NCBI GenBank assembly: GCA_013239625.1
Contig: MU056000.1
Span: forward strand, 744,001 to 808,000
Length of the DNA: 64,000 nucleotides
DNA from: Lama guanicoe
Taxonomy: Eukaryota
Direction: 5' to 3'
In this document: one piece after another, positions 56,110 to 64,000 of the stretch
Position numbering within the stretch: the stretch's first letter is position 1
How the letters are laid out: every line of letters starts with the position of its first letter
Notes under the pieces: model-generated
The model's input: only the letters and a program-made list of their open reading frames with translations
Database searches by the model: none
What the model was told of the DNA's origin: nothing
Translations under genes and position numbers: made by a program

Positions 56110-59100
56110 TTGTGTCCTTGCTTCACTAACAGCTTTGTTGGGGTGTGACTGGCGTGCAACACACTGCACGTGTGTCAGGTGTGCTATTTGGTAAGTCGTC
56201 TGTGTGGCCCCGGAACACGCTGAGGGCACCTCTCGCACTGTCCTCTCGCCCCTGCATAGTCCGCCTTTGCCCACCCCGACCCATAACCGCTCAACTGCCC
56301 ACTGTCAATTCACTTATTCTTCCTAGAATTTTATGTAAATGGAACTGTTTGGGGATCTATTCTCTTCCACTCAGCCTATTTGAGATGAATGTATGTTGTT
56401 ACACAAATCAGTGTGTTCCTTTTCAGTGCTGAGTAGTACTCCATCACACAGATAGAGCGCAGTCTATTTATCCATCCACCTGCCGATGGGTGTCGGGCTC
56501 TTACAAGTAAAACTGCCGTGAATATTTGCACATGAGTCTTTGCAAGGTGTGCGTTCATTTCTCCTGAGTGGAGACTTACTTGGGCAACGGCTGGGTCATT
56601 TAGTGGATGTATGTTTACCTGTTATTAAAAGCTGTCAAATTGTTCTGCCAAGTGGTTGCACTTTTGACATCTCCACAAACAGGCTGTGAGCTTCCATTGC
56701 TCCGTGTCCTCCTCAGCACTTAGCATGGCCAGTCTTTTTAGTTTCAGTCATTCTAATAGGCACGTGGTAGTGCCCCATTTTCCCAGTGACCAGCGTGTCT
56801 TGGCTGCTCTTCACGTGCGTGGTGCCATCAGGGTAACTTCTTGACAAGTGTATGTTCAAATCTTTTGCGCATTCAAGTTGTTTGTTGTATTATTACTGAG
56901 TTTTGAGTGTTCTTTGCCTGTTTTAGATGTACGCCCTTTCCATGTCTGATGGCTGCTTTGCAAACATTTCCCCCCAATCTTATATTGTCTTTTCATTCTC
57001 TTGAGTCTTTTGAAGAACAGAGTTGCTCATTTTGATGAAGTCCAACTTACTGATTTGTTCTCCTTTATGAATCCTGCTTAAATTGAGACACTTTTACTTA
57101 ACCCGACGTCACAAACATTTTCTCCTGAGTTTTCCTCTGAGAGTTTTAAAAATTTAGGCTGTACAGTTACTTATATGATTCATTTTAAATTAACCTGGTG
57201 TAAGGCAGAGATCAAAGTCCTTCTGTTCACATGTGAATGTCCAGTTGTTCCAGCATCATTTGTTGAAGAGACACCCTTTCTCCTTGGAGCGGCCTTGGCA
57301 CCTTTGTTGAAAAATCATGACCATATGCTGAGGGTTTGTTTCTGAGGCCTCTGCTTCGCTGATCTATTCATTGACGATCATCAGTGCCATTGGCTGGCGT
57401 TTTGGTGCCAATACCATGCTTTCTGTGGATGAATTGTGTCCAGCATGCCCTCACCCCTAATGTAACTGTGTCTGGAGGTAAGGTCTGCAGGAGGTCGTTA
57501 AGGGTGAATGAGGTCATCAGGGTGGGGCCCTATTCTGACAGGACTGTGGTCTTCCACGAAGAGGAGCCCCTCTCCTCTCTGTCTCTGTCTCTGTCTCTGT
57601 CTCTCTCTTTCTCTGCTGCGTAAGGACACAGCCAGACCGCGTCGGTCTGCGAGCGGGGAGAGAGCACACGCCGGAAACCAGACTGGCCAGTATCTCGATC
57701 TGACGCAGCCCCAGGGCTAAGCGGAGCTCCGTCTCTGCCGTTTGAGCCCCCAGCCGGTGGTGGCTTCTGCCACGGCGGCCTGAGCTGGCTAGTGCTCCGC
57801 CGTCGTGGTTACTGTGGTTTTTTTTAACACCTCGTCAGGTCAGGGGATGTCAGTCAAACAGCTTTGTTCTTTCAAAGTTGTTCAGGTTATTCTAGGGCCT
57901 TTGCATTTTTATACAAATTTTAAAATTAACTTTCCGATTTCCATGCAGAAAAGCCTGCTGGGGTTTCTCCAGGTGGAGGTGCTCACTGACTCGTGACCGT
58001 CACTCTTTTCTTCCTTCTTATCCCTTTTCAGTTTAGACCTTCAGTGCCATTAGTCCCCCGCAAGCGCTGCTGCAGCTGAATTCCATACAGCTGATACATT
58101 GTTTTTGTTTTCAGTCAGTTAAAAATTTTTAAATTTCGCTTTTGCTTTCTTCTTTGACCCACTAGTATTTATACATGTTAATTAGTTTCCAGATATTTGA
58201 GGGCTTTATGAGTGTTTTTCTTTATTTTATTATTCTCTGAATGTATTTCTTACGTTGGTGTCTAAGTGGTTTGCCCCTTCTTAGAGACCACACTTCTATC
58301 GCTTGAGTCCTTGTAAGCTTATTGAGACTCACTTTATTGTTCAGAATACGGTCACACTTGGGAAGGTTTTCTCGTGCTTTTGAGGAGACTGTGTGCGCCG
58401 TTACTGCTGCGTGAACGCTGTGTAACCCTCGCGGAGGGCAAGTTAGTTCGCGTTGTTTCCCTGCAAAGCCCCCGCCCCCTTGCCCGCTCGGTCGCGGTCG
58501 CGGGGAGAGGCGCCGACAGCGCTGTGCATGGGAGGGCGGGCGGCCTCGTAGGGCCTGTGGTCCCGCCGTCTTTGCTTCATTCACGTGGAGGCTCGCTGAT
58601 GTGTCTTAGGGCTGTGTCTCCTGGGACCTGAGTTCTTGTCGTGAAATGACCTTGCTCGGGCCTGCTAACCGGCTCTGAGGGACGCTCACCCCTCCTTCTT
58701 CTGATGGCGTGGGTGCCGCCCTTCTCCTTTGGCCAGCTGGCGTCCACCTGACGCCTGCTCCGTGTGGGCCTCGTGTGCTCGGGTCTCGCTTTTGTGTCCG
58801 GCCTGATGATTTCCGCGGATCACTGAGGCCGTCCGACCGTGTGCGGCGAGTGCGGTGCTGGCGCGGCTGGGTGGGACGCACCGTCTGCTGCACTGCGTCC
58901 TCTCCCCTGCACCGCCGCCGCTGCTGCCCTTCAGACTGAGGGTTTTCTTCTTGAGTGCCACGTTCTCCCCACTTTGTTGGACCCTTAGCTACATCTGTCG
59001 TGTCATTTTGGTGCCTCCTTCAAGTGGCATCACACTGCTGCACACGTCATTAGGACACACGAGGGGCACTCTGTTTACCGCTCCTGGCGCCTCGCCATTG

Positions 59101-61720
59101 CTGTCCAGGTGTCATGAGCCCCAGAACACACCACCCGCTTTGCTTTGGACAGTCAGTCATTGCTGAAAGAGACCTGAGTAATGCAGGAAGCCGTGTTGAC
59201 AGCCGCCCTTGTGACCGTCATGTCTGCGCCCCCTCGCCCCCCGTGTGGATCCGGATTTCAAAGTGGAGTCACTGCCCCCCTGCCTGAAGGACTCGCTTTC
59301 ACACTGTGCGGCGAGGCCTGCTGGCCAGTGGTGTATTCCTTCAGCTTTTGTGTCTGGAAACATCTGTATTCCTCTGCCTTGAAAGGTATTTTTGCTGAGT
59401 GAGGAATCCAGGCTGGCCGTGCTCTTTTCCTCTGCAGGCTCGGCAGACACTGACTTCTGGCTTCCGTTGTCTGTGAAGAGAAATCCGCTGTGTCTCCCTG
59501 TTCTTCTGCGTGAAGTGTGTCCTTTTCCTCTGGTTTCTGACTTTCTCTTTGTTTTAAGCAGTGGATTTCGATGCACCTGATGTAGTTTCCTCCACGGCTC
59601 TTGTGCTTGGAATTCACTGAGCTCCTCGGATCCACGGGTTTACAGTTCGTGCCGCATCTGGGGAAGTGTTTCTCCGCATACTTCTCTGTTCGCCCTTTCC
59701 CTGTGGGAGCCGCAGCAGCGCGTGCGTCGGGGGGCGGGAGGCCCCGCAGCTCGCTGGGGCTCAGCTCGGCTGCTTGTCCCTCTTCTCCGTGCTGCTCTGA
59801 ATAGTCTCCACTGCTGTGTCCTCACGTGCGCTTGCTGTCTCCTCTGTGGCGTCGAATCCGCCCTCCAGCCCAACCCGGGCAGCTTGCATTGCAAACATCA
59901 TGGTTATCACCGACAGAATCTGCATGTGTGCTATTTAAAAGACACCTTTCAGTCTCAGCCAAGCACCGTCGCTCTCGCTCCTAGCGGGCGTTTGAACGAG
60001 GGGCCCAGGTATGCTGCACAGGGACTGTCAGTGCCATGGCCAGACTCGCTTCTGGGTGTGGCTGTGGGGCCTACGGGTCTTCCTTCCCGCTCGTCTTGCC
60101 TCCGGTGGCCTCTGGCTGGGTCTGAGGGGTTGTAAGCTTTCCTCTCTGGGTGCTGGATGGCTGTGTTCCCCTGAGTGTTCTGGAACCTTGGGCCGTAGGG
60201 AAGTTGCTCCCAGAGGGTTGGCTGTCCCTTCAGGTCTTGCCTCTAAGCTTTGTCTGGCGGGACCGGGGTTGGGTTTGGGTTTGTGGAGGGGTTACTTTTT
60301 CTTCACGACTCAGGCAGACCCCTCTGCGTTTCCATCTGTGACCTCTTCTGGGACGAAGGGCGAATCCAGTCTCCGTTTTGCCATCTTGACTGGAAGCAAA
60401 ATTGCGGACTAGTTCACTCTAAGTTTAAAAGAATTACCCAGAGCCGGAGCGGCCCTTGGCAACCACGGGGCAGAGGCTGGCCGCGCTGCAGCCCTGGCGC
60501 TGCTCTGCCCCCGGGCGGACACCTGCCAGCTCCTGTGCGGCTGGTGGGCTGGGAGCCCGGTCCTGCCCCTGGAATGTGGGGAGCTTCCTCTCAATGAGGG
60601 AGCGTACTTGGTGTGATTTAAACATTTTAAGATGTCTTGAAATTTACTCTCTAGCCAAGCATAGGGTCTATTTGATCAGCTGCTTCATGTGCATGTTTAA
60701 TGGCCATTCAGTCAATGTGGTAAACGGCGTTGGTCACATTTTCCGTATAATTGTGTTTCTTTCCCTGGTGGTTCTACTGCTCACGGAGAGAAGTGTGTTA
60801 AAATCTCCAGCTCTGCTGATTTGTTTATTTCTCCTTTTCATTCCGCCCCTGTTTGCTAAATGTATTTTAAGCTGTCGCGAGGGACGTGCGCATTTAGCTG
60901 GACTGAACCTTCTATCGCTCAGTGTTTGTCTACACCGTGATTCTCCTCGTCTTAAAGGTCACTTCGTGTGGTTGAATCTTGCTACACCAGCCTTGTTGTG
61001 GTTACGTCTGCATATTATATTTCCCTTTTTTCAAACTTTCAGGGTGTGTTTAGACGGCGTGCAGCCAGGTTGGTGGCTGTGGCTCAGTCTGGCCTCGCAG
61101 CTGTCGTCTAGGAGCTTCAGTCTGTGCTCCGTGCAGTTACTGATAGAGCTGGATTCAAGCCTTCCCTTTGCTGTGCTCTGTGTTTATTGTCTGTCCTTTC
61201 TCCCCCCCCCCTTACTTTCCTGATCAGTTTGAGTGAAATTATCATTTTAAAAATCCCATTTTATTTCTGCTATTGGTTTTTCAGTCACACCGCTACGTTT
61301 TCATTGTGTTTTCCCTGGGAGACTTAACACGTTTTCACCTGTGCACCACCTGCCTTCAAATCACACTAACCCCCTGCACAGCCTGCTCTCCACGTGTGCT
61401 CCTCTTAGCCTGGCCCCACGATGCGCTCTTTCCCTGCCTGCCTTTTCCCTTTTTTTAAATTGCAGTCTAGCTGACTCACTCTCTGGCTGCTTTCACTGCC
61501 ACCAACTTCCAGAATCTTTTGGGACCTGCTTTGCTGTTTCGGTTACAACTTTCCTGCTGGGCTAACTGAGCTGCTCGGGTATCTGTGCTGATAGATTTGA
61601 GGGAGCTCTGGCCAATATTCTGTCCAGTATTTTTTCTGTCCTAATCTCGCCTCCACTGGGACTCCAGTCGCCGTGGCAGGACGCTTGGTGTTTTTTCGGT
61701 CAGGTCCCCTGTTGGTCTGT
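56110..61720 (-). mobile_element. Long fragmented old LINE-1 (L1M) array upstream of SLC6A3
   Basis: T-rich; ttgatgaagtccaa, ccagttgttccagcatcatttgttgaagag, ctttgttctttcaaagttgt..ggttattctagggcctttgcattt, gagagaagtgtgttaaaatctcca; interrupted by an MLT1A-like LTR. Confidence 0.8.
57417..57795 (+). mobile_element. MLT1A-like LTR nested in L1, containing a (TCTCTG)n microsatellite
   Basis: gaattgtgtcc..ccctaatgtaactgtgtctggaggtaaggtct..aatgaggtcatcagggtggggccct...tttgagcccccag..ggcggcctgagctggcta. Confidence 0.7.
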
Positions 61721-63369
61721 GCTTTGCTGGGGAGGTGCGTTGCCCCACACAGGCTCGTGGCATTTTCTCCGAGTCTGTGTCTCGGGTGGCCCTGTCCCAA
61801 GTGTGCACGTGATGGGTGGGGCCTGCCTCTCCCCCCAGAGAGCCCAGTGTGACAACGTGGCTCTGGAAGGAGGGACTGGGGTGAGTCCCAGATCCTACAC
61901 TGGAGCCGAGTGACCAGGAACAGCCCAGGCCGGGGGGGCCATGGCTGGACCCCCCTTGTCAGATGCCAGCCCAGGACTTGGCTCCCGATGCGGCCCCCTC
62001 CCTGGGTGGCAGCACGCCTGGCTGGGCCCTCCTGCCAGGAGGGGAAACGCTTGTCCTCATTTTAACACGCTGTTCCAGGTCCAGACCTGCCGTCTCTGCC
62101 TCTGAGCCTCCGCCAGCAGCACTTGCAGGCGCAGCGAGCGGCTGGCTCCCGTTGCCGCCTCATGTTACGTCACGAAGGGGTGAACTTGACAGCACAGGGA
62201 AGCCTGACGCTCTGACCAGGCCCCCACCCCCAGAAGCAGCTGGCCCGATGACGTCGAAGCTTCAGTGAGGGGGTCCGTCCTAACAGGGTGATCTCCACCA
62301 CACTTTGAGAGTGCTTCCCAGCGGAACACAGGGCTGTGACCCCCAGGGCTGGAGGGTGGCTTGTGTGACTGTGCCTGCGAGCATTCCTGGCCTCCCTGCA
62401 TGGCCCTCGTCTGCAGGACGCAGGGTCCCGCATGAACCCTGAGGGGCTGGTGCGCTTCGCTTTTGTGCAGAAGCTCCAGCACCCTCTCCATCCCTGTGTG
62501 TGTGCCTGGCGGGGCCCCAGGACAGGGCTGTGCTGTCGGACCGGGGGCCGCCTGAGAAGAGGCGGGTGAGGAGGAACTGTTTGCTGACCCAAATCTTGGG
62601 GCACAGAGCAGCCACCGCCCCGGCCCCACCACTGACGCCCGGAGGCTGCTCTCCAGTCCTCCGACGGGGAGTTGGGAATGACCAGACCCTGGCTTCGCTT
62701 TAGCCTCTTCCTTCACTTAACAGGAGAACGATTCAACCAATACACAGGCAATGCCTGTTTACTATGTCAGGAAGAGCAAGTGCCTGTGAGCACGAAGGAA
62801 GAGGTAAACAGCTCGGCTCGGGGCACACGCTCCGCTCCGGCCCGGCGGGGTCCGCGCACGCGCGCCCTTGACCGGCTTCCCAGAGCTGTCGCAGGAACAG
62901 CGCCCCGAGTGCCACTCGATCCCGAAGCCGTGGCCGCGTACGCAGCTCGCCTCTCTTATCCGGTTTTGGGGATTGACATGTCAGCTCTTCCTCTTATGTC
63001 TATTTCTACACCCTTCGCTGATCTAAGAGGCGGGCCAAGTGCGAGACTGACGTTTCTCTCTGCTCCACAAAGCGCGTGTTTAAGGCGTGTGTGTGACACG
63101 GAGAAACTGCAGAAGCCAACGCTCCAGGTCAGCAAACAGCCGTACAAGGTTGAGTTCTGTAACACGCTGGCCACCATCCACGTGGTACGGAAACATCCAG
63201 ACCTTCCCTTTGGGATCCAGAAAGCCTTCTCTGCAGAATTCCGAGTGCTGTGTTTTCCCAACACGCTGGAAGAGCAGCAAGAGAAATCTCAGCCGGGCTG
63301 GCGCGCCTGCCGCGGCCCAAGTCAGGTCTGCTGTTTTTCTAATTAAAAAACCACACGTAACAAACACAG

Positions 63370-64000
63370 CCGCAAGCACATAAACTAGGTTTTATTCGTT
63401 CCACTGAAAACCTGAAGTTGCCTGCGGGTGCCCGTCCCACCCGCCCTCGGACCCCGGCGGGACCCCCGCAGGCGGGCGGCCGCCCCCTCCTCACCCTCCG
63501 CGGATTCGACTCCCAGACTAAGTACACCCCCGCTCTGGCTGCCCGCAACTCAGTTCTGTGAAGGAGAATCAGGAGGAACAAACATCCATTCACGGTCTGT
63601 CTGTCAGAGACTTTTCCCTGAAAGCGCGCAGCGGCGCCTCATTCGAAAGCCCTTCATGCGCAGACGGGGGCCGAGGCCTCCCTCAGAACATCTCAGCTTG
63701 TTCACCTCCCTCATGCCACGTGCGGGGTTCTCTTCCAAAGCGAACCTTTACGCGCTCCACGACCACCAGGTCAGTCCTGTTCGCCACCAGGGCTGCGCTG
63801 GGGGTTCTGTGTCCGGCGGGCCCGACGCCCTGAACGATGCCAGGTGGCCCCACCCGGGGCGGGAGGGGCCTCGGCATGAACGGAAGCGGAGGCGCCTCCC
63901 TCTTGCCAAGCCTCTGTGCCTCAGGAAGTTAGCAGACATCTTCCCTGCGCTCCTGGTCCTGGCAGCCACTTTCCACAGAGAGGCCCCCAAGAAAAAATCC
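63370..64000 (-). other. 3' end/3'UTR of the upstream minus-strand gene, probably LPCAT1; AATAAA at 63391-63396
   Basis: Minus-strand AATAAA followed by a strong GU-rich element (ttatgtgcttgcggctgtgtttgttacgtgtggtttttt). Gene identity rests only on conserved CLPTM1L-SLC6A3-LPCAT1 synteny; no coding exon is in the window. Confidence 0.55.

Noticed and set aside
60954-60961. NBRE upstream of the promoter
   Set aside because: Isolated 8-mer inside an L1 remnant; consistent with chance.
60456-61223. Hydrophobic 255-aa ORF resembling a membrane protein
   Set aside because: Antisense reading of T-rich L1 remnant sequence.

Overview
GC-rich mammalian genomic DNA, probably from a camelid (inferred from one Vic-1-like tRNA-derived SINE). 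It holds a complete, intact dopamine transporter gene, SLC6A3/DAT1, on the minus strand over about 35 kb (~18365-53470). There is a CpG-island promoter with the GATAAGAGCCC TATA-like element, a non-coding exon 1 and 14 coding exons, all with GT-AG boundaries. The CDS is 1854 nt (617 aa; the human protein is 620 aa), and the 3'UTR is about 1.26 kb with no VNTR. The right edge carries the poly(A) end of an upstream minus-strand gene, probably LPCAT1 by synteny. The rest is intronic or intergenic: old L1, MaLR/ERVL LTR and MER5A remnants, simple repeats and one 138-N gap. Nearly all long ORFs in the six-frame track are GC-content artefacts. I see no wholly new gene system. The most notable items are in the DAT protein: Val at human position 559 (a human psychiatric-disease allele), F326L/T316I in the TM6 ligand site, and loss of the Zn2+ ligand His193 beside a coding GGGGCC-type repeat. 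Also notable are a cluster of three perfect Nurr1 NBRE sites 3' of the gene and a TSD-flanked, poly(A)-tailed 312-bp insertion of unknown origin in intron 4. Human residue numbers, exon sizes and repeat family names are recalled from memory and need confirming by alignment or RepeatMasker.
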